64,000 bases of DNA from an uncultured Muribaculaceae bacterium. Lineage in GTDB: Bacteria > Bacteroidota > Bacteroidia > Bacteroidales > Muribaculaceae. Positions 1-10,070 of this stretch are shown piece by piece. Within the stretch, counting starts at the first letter, position 1. Every line of letters starts with the position of its first letter. Below the pieces are notes generated by a model. The model ran no database searches and was not told the origin of the DNA. It was given only the letters and a program-made list of their open reading frames with translations. The stretch lies in the NCBI GenBank assembly GCA_947381945.1, contig CANCXM010000004.1, forward strand, positions 29,176 to 93,175, written 5' to 3'. A program made the position numbers and the translations under genes.

Positions 1-212
1 CCATCAGTGCCATCAAACTCATCATCCACCGCAAGATGCTCGTCAAGGAATTCCTCATCCAGGCCATCAACAAGGGCAGCAACGATGTGGGCAAGGTCCA
101 CATGACCGTCGAGCATGAAGGTGTGCCTTACTACGGCTTCTCGGCGAATACCGACATCGTCGGAGCCAGTGCCGAGGCATTCATCGACGCTATCAACAAG
201 TTTGTCCGCTAA
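1..212 (+). CDS. leuA: 2-isopropylmalate synthase, C-terminal fragment (gene begins upstream of window)
   Basis: The frame is open from the window edge (codons from nt 3) to TAA at 210-212. The translation ...VHMTVEHEGVPYYGFSANTDIVGASAEAFIDAINKFVR resembles the LeuA C-terminal regulatory domain. It lies directly upstream of leuC/leuD. Confidence 0.75.
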   Translation, partial: ISAIKLIIHRKMLVKEFLIQAINKGSNDVGKVHMTVEHEGVPYYGFSANTDIVGASAEAFIDAINKFVR

Positions 213-254
213 TCATCATTCACCATAAATCCATCCAAAGACCATACGCTCATC

Positions 255-1649
255 ATGGGTAAAACTCTTTTTGACAAAATCTGGGATGCTCACGTCGTAA
301 ACAACATCGAAGGAGGCCCATCCCAACTCTATATCGACCGTCACTACTGCCACGAAGTGACCAGTCCCCAGGCTTTCGAGGGACTGCGCACACGCGGTCT
401 GAAAGTGTTCCGTCCGGAAAAAACATTCTGTTCACCCGACCACAACATCCCGACCCTCAATCAGGACAAGCCGATTGCCGACCCTGTGTCGCGCAATCAG
501 GTCGAGACCCTCACCCGCAACGCCAATGAGTTCGGAGTGACACTCTTCGGCCTCGGACACGCCAAAAACGGCATCATCCACGTCATCGGTCCGGAAAATG
601 GCCTTACGCTTCCCGGATACACAATCGTCTGTGGCGACAGCCATACATCGACCCACGGAGCTTTCGGCGCAGTGGCTTTCGGCATAGGTACAAGCGAGGT
701 GGAGATGGTACTCGCATCGCAATGCATCCTCCAGCCCAAGCCCAAGACAATGCGCATCAATGTCAACGGTCAGCTCCGTCCGGGAGTGACCGCCAAGGAC
801 ATTGCCCTCTACATCATCGCCAAGATGACCACCGGCGGCGCAACAGGTTACTTTGTCGAATATGCCGGAGACACCATCCGCAATCTCTCGATGGAAGAGC
901 GCATGACAGTCTGCAACCTCTCTATTGAGATGGGTGCGCGCGGTGGCATGATCGCTCCCGACGAAACGACATTCGCCTACGTCGAAGGACGCGAATTCGC
1001 TCCCAAGGGTGAGGAATGGGAAAAAGCTGTGGCCTACTGGCGCACTCTTCCCTCCGATCCGGATGCTGAATTTGACCGTGAAATCAACTTCGACGCAGCC
1101 GACATCGAACCCCGCATCACTTTCGGAACCAACCCGGGCATGGGCATCGGCATCAACGATCCTATTCCCGCTCCCGATCCCGAGGATGAGGCCGGAAAAA
1201 TCTCCTACGAGAAATCACTCGACTATATGGGCTTCAAAGTGGGACAGGTGCTCGCTGGAACCCCCATCGACTATGTGTTCCTCGGCAGTTGCACGAATGG
1301 ACGCATCGAGGATTTCCGCGCGTTCGCAAACTTTGTCAAGGGTAAGAAGAAAGCTCCCGGCGTGACAGCATGGCTTGTTCCCGGTTCATGGAAAGTGGAC
1401 GCACAGATACGCGAGGAGGGACTGGACAAGATTCTTGAGGAAGCCGGCTTCGAAATCCGTCAGCCCGGTTGCTCGGCCTGCCTCGCAATGAACGAGGACA
1501 AGGTACCCGCAGGCAAACTCGCCGTCTCGACATCAAACCGCAACTTCGAAGGCCGTCAGGGTCCCGGCTCACGCACAATCCTCGCCGGTCCTCTTGTAGC
1601 CGCAGCCTCAGCAGTCACCGGAGTGCTCACAGATCCCCGCACCGTCTAA
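255..1649 (+). CDS. leuC: 3-isopropylmalate dehydratase large subunit
   Basis: 464-aa ORF with an ATG start. Aconitase-family motifs are present ([34 protein letters not shown]). It sits in a leu operon context. Confidence 0.97.
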   Translation: MGKTLFDKIWDAHVVNNIEGGPSQLYIDRHYCHEVTSPQAFEGLRTRGLKVFRPEKTFCSPDHNIPTLNQDKPIADPVSRNQVETLTRNANEFGVTLFGLGHAKNGIIHVIGPENGLTLPGYTIVCGDSHTSTHGAFGAVAFGIGTSEVEMVLASQCILQPKPKTMRINVNGQLRPGVTAKDIALYIIAKMTTGGATGYFVEYAGDTIRNLSMEERMTVCNLSIEMGARGGMIAPDETTFAYVEGREFAPKGEEWEKAVAYWRTLPSDPDAEFDREINFDAADIEPRITFGTNPGMGIGINDPIPAPDPEDEAGKISYEKSLDYMGFKVGQVLAGTPIDYVFLGSCTNGRIEDFRAFANFVKGKKKAPGVTAWLVPGSWKVDAQIREEGLDKILEEAGFEIRQPGCSACLAMNEDKVPAGKLAVSTSNRNFEGRQGPGSRTILAGPLVAAASAVTGVLTDPRTV

Positions 1650-1669
1650 ACCCATCCACCGAAAGCATC

Positions 1670-2257
1670 ATGAAAGAAAAATTCAGCACCATAACATCAA
1701 CCTGTGTCCCTCTGCCCATGGAGAATGTGGACACTGACCAGATTATCCCCGCACGCTTCCTCAAAGCTACCTCGCGCGAAGGTTTCGGCGACAACCTCTT
1801 CCGCGACTGGCGATATGACAAGGACGGCAATCCGGTGAAGGACTTCGTGCTCAACGACCCGACCTATTCAGGCTGCATCCTAGTGGCCGGAAAGAATTTC
1901 GGCTCCGGTTCAAGCCGCGAACATGCCGCATGGGCAATTCATGACTACGGTTTCCGCGTGGTCGTGTCGAGCTTCTTCGCCGACATCCACAAAAACAACG
2001 AACTCAACAACTTCGTGCTCCCCGTGGTGGTAAGCGAACCCTTCCTTGCAGAACTCTTCGAGTCAATCGCCGCAAACCCGCGCACGGAAGTGAAAGTCGA
2101 CCTCCCCTCACAGACAATCACCAACCTTGCAACCGGCAACAGCGAGACTTTCGACATCAACGCCTACAAGAAGCAATGCCTGTCGGAAGGTCTTGACGAC
2201 ATCGAATATCTGCTTTCAAAGAAAGACGACATCGAAGCCTGGGAAGCGAAGCGCTGA
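1670..2257 (+). CDS. leuD: 3-isopropylmalate dehydratase small subunit
   Basis: I chose the ATG at 1670 ([32 protein letters not shown]..., a typical LeuD N-terminus). The track ORF starting at 1469 overlaps leuC and its extra 67 aa are Arg/Ser-rich junk. Confidence 0.95.
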   Translation: MKEKFSTITSTCVPLPMENVDTDQIIPARFLKATSREGFGDNLFRDWRYDKDGNPVKDFVLNDPTYSGCILVAGKNFGSGSSREHAAWAIHDYGFRVVVSSFFADIHKNNELNNFVLPVVVSEPFLAELFESIAANPRTEVKVDLPSQTITNLATGNSETFDINAYKKQCLSEGLDDIEYLLSKKDDIEAWEAKR

Positions 2258-2374
2258 CCACAGGTGCTGTATCAAAAAAACGGAAGAACTGAATTATGAT
2301 ACAGCACCCGGCCATCCTCCTCACACATAGTCACACCAAATACCAACACATATTATCATACCCCCCTGTAAGGC

Positions 2375-3898
2375 ATGTATGTTGAAATAATGGACACAAC
2401 TCTCCGCGATGGAGAGCAGACTTCGGGAGTCTCGTTTTCGACTTCCGAGAAGCTTGCAATCACACGCCTGCTTCTTCAGGAACTCCACGTCCCGCGAATT
2501 GAAATCGCGTCGGCACGAGTTTCGGATGGAGAGCGTGAGACTGTGCGCAAAGTCTGCTCCTGGGCGGAGCGCAACGGTTACATCGACCGCATCGAAGTGC
2601 TCGGCTTCCTTGACGGAGGCGAGTCGGTGAGATGGATAAGCGATGTCGGAGGAAAGGTCATAAATCTTTTGGCGAAAGGTTCGGAAAAGCATTGCCGTCT
2701 GCAGCTCAAACAGACTCCGGAGCAACATTTCACAGCCATAGCCGCCGAAGTTGCCCGCGCCCGTGAGGCCGGCCTTGCCGTAAACATATACCTCGAGGAC
2801 TGGTCAAACGGTATGAAGCATTCGCGCGACTATGTGTTCGCAATGATGGAAGCCATCAAGAATCTGCCCATCCGCCGTTTCATGCTGCCCGACACCCTCG
2901 GCATCCTCAATCCGTATGACACGCTGTCATACGTCCACACCATCGTGAAGCACTATCCCGCTCTCCATTTCGACTTCCATGCCCACAACGACTATGACCT
3001 TGCGACAGCTAACGTATTCGCAGCCGTGAAAGGGGGAGCCAAAGGTGTGCACTGCACCATCAATGGACTGGGAGAACGGGCGGGAAATGCGACACTGTCG
3101 AGCACAGTAGCCGTCATCCATGACCAACTCGGCGACACGACCGACATCGACGAAAGCAAAATCAACAAGGTCAGTCATATCGTCGAGTCATTCTCCGGCA
3201 TCATGGTGCCACCCAACAAACCCATCATCGGCGACAGTGTGTTCACACAATGTGCGGGCGTACATGCCGACGGCGACAACAAAAACCAGCTCTATTTCAA
3301 CGAGCTTCTTCCCGAACGCTTCGGCCGTGAACGCGAATATGCCCTCGGCAAGACGTCCGGAAAGGCAAATATCAAGAAAAATCTTGAGGCTCTCGGCATA
3401 GAGTTAAGTGACTCCGACATCCGCAAGGTGACGGAACGCATCATCGAGCTTGGCGACAAGAAGGAGATTGTCACACAAGGCGATCTCCCCTTTATCATCG
3501 CCGATGTGCTCAAACATCCGACTCTTCCTTCGGATGTTCGTGTGGACAACTATGTGCTAACCCTGACCCAGGGTCTGCGACCGACAGCCACAGTCAAACT
3601 CATTGTCGGCGAAGCGGAATTTCAGGAATCTGCGGTCGGCGACGGTCAGTTCGACGCTTTCATGCGTGCTGTACGAAACATTTACCGTGGAAAACTCCAA
3701 CGTCCTTTCCCCTCGCTCGTCAACTACTCCGTCAATATCCCTCCGGGTGGAAAGACGGATGCGCTCGTCCACACCACCATCACATGGAGCTTCGAGGGCA
3801 ACGTCTTCAAGACCCGTGGTCTCGACCCGGACCAGACGGAAGCAGCCATCCAGGCCACCGTCAAGATGCTCAATATGCTTGAGAGCACTCCGAGGTGA
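2375..3898 (+). CDS. LeuA/CimA/NifV-family synthase, probably (R)-citramalate synthase (second paralogue in the leu operon)
   Basis: 507 aa with an MDTTLRDGEQ HMGL-like N-terminus and an HAHNDYDLATAN metal site. It has a C-terminal LeuA-dimer-like region. A separate leuA lies upstream, so this copy is likely cimA-like. Confidence 0.85.
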   Translation: MYVEIMDTTLRDGEQTSGVSFSTSEKLAITRLLLQELHVPRIEIASARVSDGERETVRKVCSWAERNGYIDRIEVLGFLDGGESVRWISDVGGKVINLLAKGSEKHCRLQLKQTPEQHFTAIAAEVARAREAGLAVNIYLEDWSNGMKHSRDYVFAMMEAIKNLPIRRFMLPDTLGILNPYDTLSYVHTIVKHYPALHFDFHAHNDYDLATANVFAAVKGGAKGVHCTINGLGERAGNATLSSTVAVIHDQLGDTTDIDESKINKVSHIVESFSGIMVPPNKPIIGDSVFTQCAGVHADGDNKNQLYFNELLPERFGREREYALGKTSGKANIKKNLEALGIELSDSDIRKVTERIIELGDKKEIVTQGDLPFIIADVLKHPTLPSDVRVDNYVLTLTQGLRPTATVKLIVGEAEFQESAVGDGQFDAFMRAVRNIYRGKLQRPFPSLVNYSVNIPPGGKTDALVHTTITWSFEGNVFKTRGLDPDQTEAAIQATVKMLNMLESTPR

Positions 3899-3908
3899 GG
3901 GGGAGGAA

Positions 3909-3936
3909 GTTTTTAGTTGTGAGTTTTTAGTTTTCA
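3909..3936 (+). repeat. Heptamer-periodic tract GTTTTTA GTTGTGA GTTTTTA GTTTTCA between the cimA-like gene and leuB
   Basis: Read directly: four consecutive 7-nt units of the form GTTKTKA. The same unit family recurs at 28533-28560 and, on the other strand, at 28897-28931. Confidence 0.6.
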
Positions 3937-3961
3937 GATAATAACAATAATATACATCAAG

Positions 3962-5023
3962 ATGAATCTTAAAGTAGCAGTTCTGCCCGGCGACGGTATC
4001 GGACCGGAGATTTCCCGTCAGGGCGTCGACGTGATGAGCGCCGTTTGTGAGAAATTCGGCCACAGTGTCGAGTATCGTTATGCCATCTGCGGAGCGGATG
4101 CCATCGACAAGGTAGGCGATCCCTTCCCCGAAGATACCTACGAAACCTGTCTTTGGGCCGATGCAGTTCTTTTCTCTGCCGTAGGCGATCCCAAATTCGA
4201 CAATAATCCCAACGCTAAGGTGCGACCCGAGCAGGGACTGCTTGCCATGCGCAAGAAACTCGGTCTTTTTGCGAACATCCGTCCGGTCGAGACATTCAAA
4301 TGCCTCATCCACAAATCTCCGCTTCGTGCAGAACTCGTAGAAGGCGCTGACTTCATCTGTATCCGTGAGCTGACCGGCGGCATGTATTTCGGCGAAAAGT
4401 TTGAAAGCGACGAACGCGCCTACGATACCAATGCATACACGCGCCCTGAAATCGAGCGCATCCTCCACGTTGCCTACAGCTATGCACTCCGTCGCAACAA
4501 ACACCTCACTGTTGTCGACAAGGCCAACGTGCTTGCCTCCTCACGTCTCTGGCGCAAGGTCGCACAGGAAATTGCTCCGCAGTACCCCGACGTCACAACC
4601 GACTTCATGTATGTCGACAATGCCGCCATGCGCATGATTCAGGAACCACGCTTCTTCGACGTGATGGTCACTGAAAATACTTTCGGCGACATCCTTACAG
4701 ATGAAGGCTCGGTAATCTCCGGCTCAATGGGCCTCCTCCCCTCGGCTTCAACCGGCGAGAAGACTCCTGTGTTTGAACCCATCCACGGTTCATGGCCTCA
4801 GGCAAAAGGCAAGAACATCGCCAATCCCCTTGCCCAGATTCTCTCAGTGGCAATGCTCTTCGAATACTTCAATCTCAGCGAAGAGGGCAAACTCATCCGT
4901 GAAGCTGTCAACGCATCGCTCGACGCCAATGTCCGCACACCTGAAATTCAGGTTGAAGGTGGTGCCAACTACGGCACTGACGCAGTCGGCGCATGGATTG
5001 TCGACTACATCAAGAAAGCCTAA
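3962..5023 (+). CDS. leuB: 3-isopropylmalate dehydrogenase
   Basis: 353 aa. It has the [18 protein letters not shown]-terminus and an [12 protein letters not shown] motif of isocitrate/isopropylmalate dehydrogenases. Confidence 0.97.
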   Translation: MNLKVAVLPGDGIGPEISRQGVDVMSAVCEKFGHSVEYRYAICGADAIDKVGDPFPEDTYETCLWADAVLFSAVGDPKFDNNPNAKVRPEQGLLAMRKKLGLFANIRPVETFKCLIHKSPLRAELVEGADFICIRELTGGMYFGEKFESDERAYDTNAYTRPEIERILHVAYSYALRRNKHLTVVDKANVLASSRLWRKVAQEIAPQYPDVTTDFMYVDNAAMRMIQEPRFFDVMVTENTFGDILTDEGSVISGSMGLLPSASTGEKTPVFEPIHGSWPQAKGKNIANPLAQILSVAMLFEYFNLSEEGKLIREAVNASLDANVRTPEIQVEGGANYGTDAVGAWIVDYIKKA

Positions 5024-5079
5024 TCCACTCATGAAAGCTTGAAGTCAATTAAACTCTGACTTCCCGACTTCAAGTCCAT

Positions 5080-5170
5080 AAAAAATCAGGAATCCGCGAA
5101 ATATGGTCCACCGGCGCAAAAGCAATCGCGCCGTAAACCGGGGCTACATTTCGCGGATTCCTGATTTTTT
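5080..5170. terminator. Long hairpin, bidirectional terminator-like (23-bp perfect stem, 45-nt loop with a nested hairpin)
   Basis: AAAAAATCAGGAATCCGCGAAAT (5080-5102) is the exact reverse complement of 5148-5170. A T-run follows on the + strand and an A-run precedes it. The loop contains CGGCGC...GCGCCG. Confidence 0.65.
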
Positions 5171-5215
5171 CAACCTATCGACTCAACCTGCATAAGCTCC
5201 TCAAAAGTCCCGTAA

Positions 5216-5296
5216 GTTAGAAAAATGTGTAAGTTTCCACATTTTATGTTGGAAAAATGTGAGAAATCACACATTTCTCGTTGGAAAAATGTGAAA
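5216..5296. repeat. 2.5 tandem copies of a ~32-nt unit GTTGGAAAAATGTG(N6-8)CACATTT, each unit a hairpin
   Basis: The units are at 5216-5247, 5248-5279 and 5280-5296. AAAATGTG and CACATTTT segments alternate, so several mutually exclusive hairpins can form. Confidence 0.7.
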
Positions 5297-5351
5297 ACCC
5301 CAAACTAATCAATATTTTCCCCGACAGACACTCACTCAATCATAAAATGCC

Positions 5352-5390
5352 AAAAGCGCCGGCGAAATCACTTCGCGGCGCTTTTGTTTG
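5352..5390. terminator. Rho-independent terminator-like hairpin
   Basis: AAAAGCGCCG (5352-5361) pairs with CGGCGCTTTT (5376-5385). It is GC-rich with A/T runs on both sides. It lies in the gap between convergent leuB and the sigma-factor gene. Confidence 0.55.
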
Positions 5391-5668
5391 TGTGGGTGTG
5401 TTTTTATTATAGTGTAGATTACCAATACCTTAACATGAAAAATCTTAGTCTTAAATCTTATCTATTATTATCTTATTTACTGAATCCTAAAAACAAATCT
5501 TATCTTACCTTTGAATCAATACCTAATCGAAAACTTATACCTAAATGAACCAATCTTATTTTACCTTTCAAATCTGTACGTTTCGGAAACTATGTGTGTA
5601 TTTCGTGTAGAAGTTGCATAATCTTTCGGGAAGAATTTCTTGCGGCGATTGCCACAACCGAACTGCTA

Positions 5669-6259
5669 TCAACGGTAGTCGGCGAAGCGCACCTGGAGTT
5701 TCTTGCGTGCGAAGAAGATACGGCTCTTCACTGTTCCGAGAGGAAGATTCATCTTCTCGGCGATTTCGTTGTATTTGTAACCGGCGACGTGCATCGAGAA
5801 GGGGATGCGGTATTCGTCGGGAAATTCGTTGATTGCGTCTGAAATCTCGTTGGCGCCGAATGAGCCTTCGGGAGTCTCAAGGCCTGAGTCCTGAGAGAGA
5901 TTGAGGTGGTAGAGGTCTTCAGTCTGGTCGATGACTGTTGCTGAGCGGGCAACACGACGGTAGTTGTTGATGAAGATATTGCGCATGATGGTGAAAACCC
6001 AACCCTTGAAGTTGGTGTTGTCAACATACTTGCTTTCGTTATCAAGGGCCTTCAGGGTAGTATCCTGGAGTAGATCGTAAGCATTGTCTCTGTTAGAGGT
6101 GAGCATATAGGCAAAGTTAAGAAGGTTGCCCTGAAGGCTCATAAGCTTGTTCTGAAATTCCTGAGTTCCCATAATTATTGTGTTTTGATGAGTTGAACTT
6201 TTGTGAGAGTCTTTCTGGCGAAAGGCATTCTGTGATGAGTTGTTGTTTTTGTTTGACAT
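5669..6259 (-). CDS. RNA polymerase sigma-70 family factor (ECF-type)
   Basis: 196 aa. Region 2 (DLLQDTTLKALDN...FKGWVFTIMRNIFINNYRR) and region 4.2 (YNEIAEKMNLPLGTVKSRIFFARKKL) are recognisable. An alternative start is M30 (ATG at 6172). No anti-sigma gene is adjacent. Confidence 0.85.
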   Translation of the reverse strand: MSNKNNNSSQNAFRQKDSHKSSTHQNTIIMGTQEFQNKLMSLQGNLLNFAYMLTSNRDNAYDLLQDTTLKALDNESKYVDNTNFKGWVFTIMRNIFINNYRRVARSATVIDQTEDLYHLNLSQDSGLETPEGSFGANEISDAINEFPDEYRIPFSMHVAGYKYNEIAEKMNLPLGTVKSRIFFARKKLQVRFADYR

Positions 6260-6632
6260 TTCAAAATTACAACGAAAATCAGCGATGCGAATAAATTTTA
6301 TGTAAAAATATGTTAATTCAATGACAAACTTGTTACAAATATCACATTATATTGATTTACTGCACATTACAACAAATAACAATGATTACAAAATTGTTAC
6401 AATGTAACTGATTTTGCAACAATTTAACCAAAAAACAGCTGATTTTTATTACAACGCTTGCATTATCGCACCTTTTTCGCCCTTACTCAACATTATCTTT
6501 GCATACGGGCAAAACAGAAATAATCACATCAAAACATCCACACAGTCATGAACCACCTCACAACTCTTCCACATTCCCCTCCGGACCGTACAAAAAACAG
6601 TCCCGACCCCGAAAACGGAATCAGGACCAACA

Positions 6633-6660
6633 TATATCTATATAGCGTATATCTATATAG
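6633..6660. repeat. Direct repeat TATATCTATATAG x2 (2-nt spacer) at the edge of the R-M island
   Basis: Read directly at 6633-6645 and 6648-6660. It lies immediately 3' of the HNH endonuclease stop codon. Confidence 0.6.
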
Positions 6661-6666
6661 TATGTA

Positions 6667-7383
6667 TTAGATATCGACATTCAGTCTCTCATGGATTAGA
6701 GACTTTATCGTCCTTTCTGCTTCTTCCTCTCCGACCTGACTAATCAATTGATTGTAGTCATTGATTTCATCACCGGTGAAAGTAAGCACTATACGGCGTT
6801 CCTCCTTGCCGGCAATATGAGTGTAATTTTCAGGATGACACCAAAAACATTGGACACAAAAACTGCTGTCTTTCATGCTCCAGTTAGGGCAATGTTCACA
6901 TGCCCACGACTTTGCGCGGTTTGCAGAAGGCGACAGGAGCATATAGGCATCTATCTCCTTCGATTCCTCTCCGGCAATTTCGTATGGGACCCTATGGTCG
7001 ATCTGCAACAATGACGCTTCCACTTCCTGTTGGTAGATAAAGCATCGACTTCCATATTTTTCAATCAGTGCATCCCTAAGCGCTTTTGCAAGAACGGTCC
7101 GACCCCGCACCTTCGAAAGAGAGTCGTCCAGACCAGAAGGATCTCCGAATCTATATGCCGCTATATTTCGGCCCTGTTTATCCTTGACCCTGAATGTTTC
7201 AACCGGAATTCCCTGTTCTCTGACATCCCGTATGGCTCTCGGAGGATGATTATAGCCATAGACATCCTTGATTTCCTCGGATGTGATATACCCATGTTGA
7301 AGAATATGGTTTATGATGGTTGCAGGTCGTTTTCCTGTGACCGACTTTAACTTATCAATAAATTCCCGTGGAAAATCAGACAT
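6667..7383 (-). CDS. HNH (beta-beta-alpha-Me, Zn-finger) endonuclease, putative type II restriction enzyme
   Basis: 238 aa. The HNH core is IDHRVPYE...LLSPSANRAKS, flanked by CEHC and CVQCFWC cysteine clusters. The N-terminus looks wHTH-like. It is 40 nt downstream of a DNA methyltransferase, and its codon usage is AT-richer than its neighbours. Confidence 0.75.
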   Translation of the reverse strand: MSDFPREFIDKLKSVTGKRPATIINHILQHGYITSEEIKDVYGYNHPPRAIRDVREQGIPVETFRVKDKQGRNIAAYRFGDPSGLDDSLSKVRGRTVLAKALRDALIEKYGSRCFIYQQEVEASLLQIDHRVPYEIAGEESKEIDAYMLLSPSANRAKSWACEHCPNWSMKDSSFCVQCFWCHPENYTHIAGKEERRIVLTFTGDEINDYNQLISQVGEEEAERTIKSLIHERLNVDI

Positions 7384-7422
7384 GATGCGAATAAAAATTA
7401 AACAAATGAGTGGAAACGTCTT

Positions 7423-8319
7423 CTAAAACAAAGGCAAGGAGGGTTGCAACACCATTCCGGATTTAGCCAGATTGCGGCTCACATACAGCGCTTCCTTTGT
7501 TTCAACTCTCTCTCCATTAAAAAGGGATTGGGTTGATAATCCGGCATTAAGATATGACAATTTCAAGCCAAGATCATCCGGAAGAATTTCCCCATAGCCC
7601 TTATCCCCGCAGAAACCGTCATAACTGACAATGTAGTCGACATTTCTTGAATTGAGCTTATCCAATGCGTCTACAAATTCATTAAAGGCAATACCTGAAT
7701 AGTAGCGTGAATCGCGTCCGGTACACACACCTTGATACGGCGGATCAAGATATACGACATCCCCCGGAGCAGCCATATCAAGGACCTCGCGGTAGTCCAT
7801 CGCATAAAACTCACTTTTCCCACGGAGCAATTGCGACACTCCGGCTATATTCCTCCTCAGAGTCTGTGGGTTCGTACCGTTGCGCCGTTTGTCCGGTGAT
7901 TGATTGAAGCGCCCGTTCGAACCATATCTCACAGCCCCTTTAACGCATCTTGCCAGTATGTAAAGCATCATGGAAGGATCTTTTTCACCATTGTTAAAAC
8001 GCTCCCTGATATGATAATAATGGGCTTCTGAACCAGCCTCATATCTGAATTGCTCTTCCCAGATAGCAGTATAATCCGAAACAATTTTATCAGGATTGTT
8101 CACTGCCTCTCTCAAAATCCCCAGCAAGGGTTCATTCAGGTCATTTATGAAAAATCTGGGACACCGATGTTCTTTAGCTGTAGCGATGGAAACCGCAGCC
8201 ATTCCTGCAAACGGCTCAATAAGGCGATTGAACCTTTGCGGGAAATAAGATAGAATCTGAGGCGCCAGTTTTCTTTTGGAACCCTGATACTGGACAATAT
8301 GCGGTATGCTTCCTTTCAT
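7423..8319 (-). CDS. Dam-family (D12 class, alpha group) N6-adenine DNA methyltransferase
   Basis: 298 aa. It has QYQGSKRKL, SAM motif I EPFAGMAAV, and catalytic motif IV DPPY (VVYLDPPYQGV) C-terminal to motif I. Confidence 0.88.
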   Translation of the reverse strand: MKGSIPHIVQYQGSKRKLAPQILSYFPQRFNRLIEPFAGMAAVSIATAKEHRCPRFFINDLNEPLLGILREAVNNPDKIVSDYTAIWEEQFRYEAGSEAHYYHIRERFNNGEKDPSMMLYILARCVKGAVRYGSNGRFNQSPDKRRNGTNPQTLRRNIAGVSQLLRGKSEFYAMDYREVLDMAAPGDVVYLDPPYQGVCTGRDSRYYSGIAFNEFVDALDKLNSRNVDYIVSYDGFCGDKGYGEILPDDLGLKLSYLNAGLSTQSLFNGERVETKEALYVSRNLAKSGMVLQPSLPLF

Positions 8320-8397
8320 ATCGCAAATATAACAAAAAAAGTGCCCCCATACAATATGGAGACACTATATTATAGAATCGTTCTTAAGAACACTGGG

Positions 8398-9921
8398 TTA
8401 CTCCCACTCGATTGTTGCCGGTGGCTTTGAGGAGATGTCGTAGCAGACGCGGTTGACGCCACGGACCTTGTTGATGATGTCGTTGCTGACCTTGGCCATG
8501 AAGTCGTAGGGGAGATGCGCCCAGTCAGCAGTCATGGCATCGGTCGAGGTCACGGCGCGGAGAGCGATCGCACGTTCGTAGGTACGCTCATCGCCCATCA
8601 CACCGACACTCTGGACGGGGAGGAGGATAGCACCTGCCTGCCATACCTTATCGTAGAGATCCCAGTCGCGGAGACCCTGGATAAAAATATCATCGGCGTC
8701 CTGGAGTATGCGCACCTTCTCGGGAGTGATGTCGCCAAGGATACGCACTGCCAGACCGGGGCCGGGGAAGGGGTGACGCTTGATGAGATGTTCGGGCATA
8801 CCGAGCTGACGGCCAACGGCGCGGACCTCGTCTTTGAAGAGCAGACGGAGGGGTTCGCAAAGTTTGAGGTTCATCTTCTCGGGCAGACCGCCTACATTGT
8901 GGTGGCTCTTGATGGTCGTGCCGGTTATCGAAAGGCTTTCGATGCAGTCAGGATAGATGGTACCCTGTGCAAGCCACTTCACATCTTTAATCTTGTGGGC
9001 CTCCTCATCGAAAACATCAATGAAGCCCTTGCCGATAATCTTGCGCTTGCGTTCGGGTTCGGTCACACCGGCGAGCTCGCTGAAGAACTTCTCTGAAGCA
9101 TCGACTCCGACCACATTGAGGCCGAGGCACTCATAGTCATGGAGCACATTGCGGAACTCGTTCTTGCGCAGCATACCGTGGTCAACGAATATACAGGTCA
9201 GATTCTTGCCGATGGCGCGGTTGAGAAGCACTGCTGCAACCGAAGAATCCACACCACCGCTCAGACCGAGTACCACCTTGTCGTCGCCAAGCTGTTCCTT
9301 AAGCTGGGCCACGGTGCTCTCGATGAATGATTCGGCTGTCCAGTCCTGCTTGCCGCCGCAGATGTCAACGACGAAATTGCGCAGCAACTGTGTGCCATGC
9401 TCCGAATGGTAAACCTCGGGGTGGAACTGTACGCCCCAGGTCTGCTCGCCCTCGACGTGATAGGCAGCGATGGCAACCTTGTCGGTCGAAGCGATGGTCT
9501 TGAAGCCTTCGGGGATTGAAGTGATGGTGTCGCCGTGGCTCATCCACACCTGCGAACCGACGGGGATATTCTTGAAGAGGGGACTCGAAGTGTCAATTTT
9601 CGTAAGATGGGCACGGCCATACTCACGCGAGGGGGCAGGCTCGACACTGCCACCGGAGGTATAGGCTATAAACTGCGCGCCATAGCAGATGCCAAGCACG
9701 GGAAGATGACCGCGCAGACGGTCAAGCTCTGTCTTGAATGCCTTATCGTCGTAGACCGAGAAAGGCGAACCCGAGAGAATCACGCCGATGACCGACGGAT
9801 CGTCATACGGGAATTTGTTGTAGGGCAGAATCTCGCAATATTCGCCAAGCTCACGAACGCGACGGCCAATAAGCTGCGTGGTCTGCGACCCGAAATCGAG
9901 AATAATAATCTTTTCCTGCAT
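8398..9921 (-). CDS. guaA: GMP synthase (glutamine-hydrolysing)
   Basis: 507 aa. The GATase domain shows GICYGAQ and the ATP-PPase P-loop shows [11 protein letters not shown]. The C-terminus ends ...PPATIEWE. Confidence 0.97.
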   Translation of the reverse strand: MQEKIIILDFGSQTTQLIGRRVRELGEYCEILPYNKFPYDDPSVIGVILSGSPFSVYDDKAFKTELDRLRGHLPVLGICYGAQFIAYTSGGSVEPAPSREYGRAHLTKIDTSSPLFKNIPVGSQVWMSHGDTITSIPEGFKTIASTDKVAIAAYHVEGEQTWGVQFHPEVYHSEHGTQLLRNFVVDICGGKQDWTAESFIESTVAQLKEQLGDDKVVLGLSGGVDSSVAAVLLNRAIGKNLTCIFVDHGMLRKNEFRNVLHDYECLGLNVVGVDASEKFFSELAGVTEPERKRKIIGKGFIDVFDEEAHKIKDVKWLAQGTIYPDCIESLSITGTTIKSHHNVGGLPEKMNLKLCEPLRLLFKDEVRAVGRQLGMPEHLIKRHPFPGPGLAVRILGDITPEKVRILQDADDIFIQGLRDWDLYDKVWQAGAILLPVQSVGVMGDERTYERAIALRAVTSTDAMTADWAHLPYDFMAKVSNDIINKVRGVNRVCYDISSKPPATIEWE

Positions 9922-10019
9922 AATGTGGGAAGAGGTATATTAGTTGATAATGATTGAATCTGAGTGCAAAGTTACACAGAATTAACCGATTTTTAGAGGG
10001 ATAATCTAATTTTTTTGAG

Positions 10020-10027
10020 TAATTTTG
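10020..10027 (+). promoter_or_regulatory. Candidate Bacteroidetes -7 promoter box (TAATTTTG) for the kdsC operon
   Basis: Exact match to the TAnnTTTG consensus, ~45 nt upstream of the ATG at 10071. Confidence 0.4.
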
Positions 10028-10070
10028 CACCCTAAAAATCAGAACAGTGCATTCAATTCAATATCCTTTG

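Noticed and set aside
1469-1669. Long upstream extensions of track ORFs: leuD from 1469, yhhQ-like from 10430, tcdA from 27726, rnfG from 35451, susC-3 from 60591, kdsC from 10047
   Set aside because: The extensions overlap the preceding gene or use GTG/TTG starts. They encode Arg/Ser/Pro-rich junk. Internal ATGs give N-termini matching the family or paralogues, and often show ATGA stop-start coupling.
3557-4504. 315-aa minus-strand ORF spanning the cimA-like 3' end, the intergenic gap and the leuB 5' end
   Set aside because: It is antisense to two well-supported genes with clear family motifs. Such long mirror-frame ORFs are expected in GC3-rich coding DNA. It has no recognisable motifs and crosses an intergenic repeat.
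5216-5296. Possible miniature CRISPR array (regularly spaced palindromic repeats)
   Set aside because: The units are directly adjacent with no unique spacers. There are only 2.5 copies, and no cas genes are in the window. It is a tandem hairpin repeat, not a CRISPR array.
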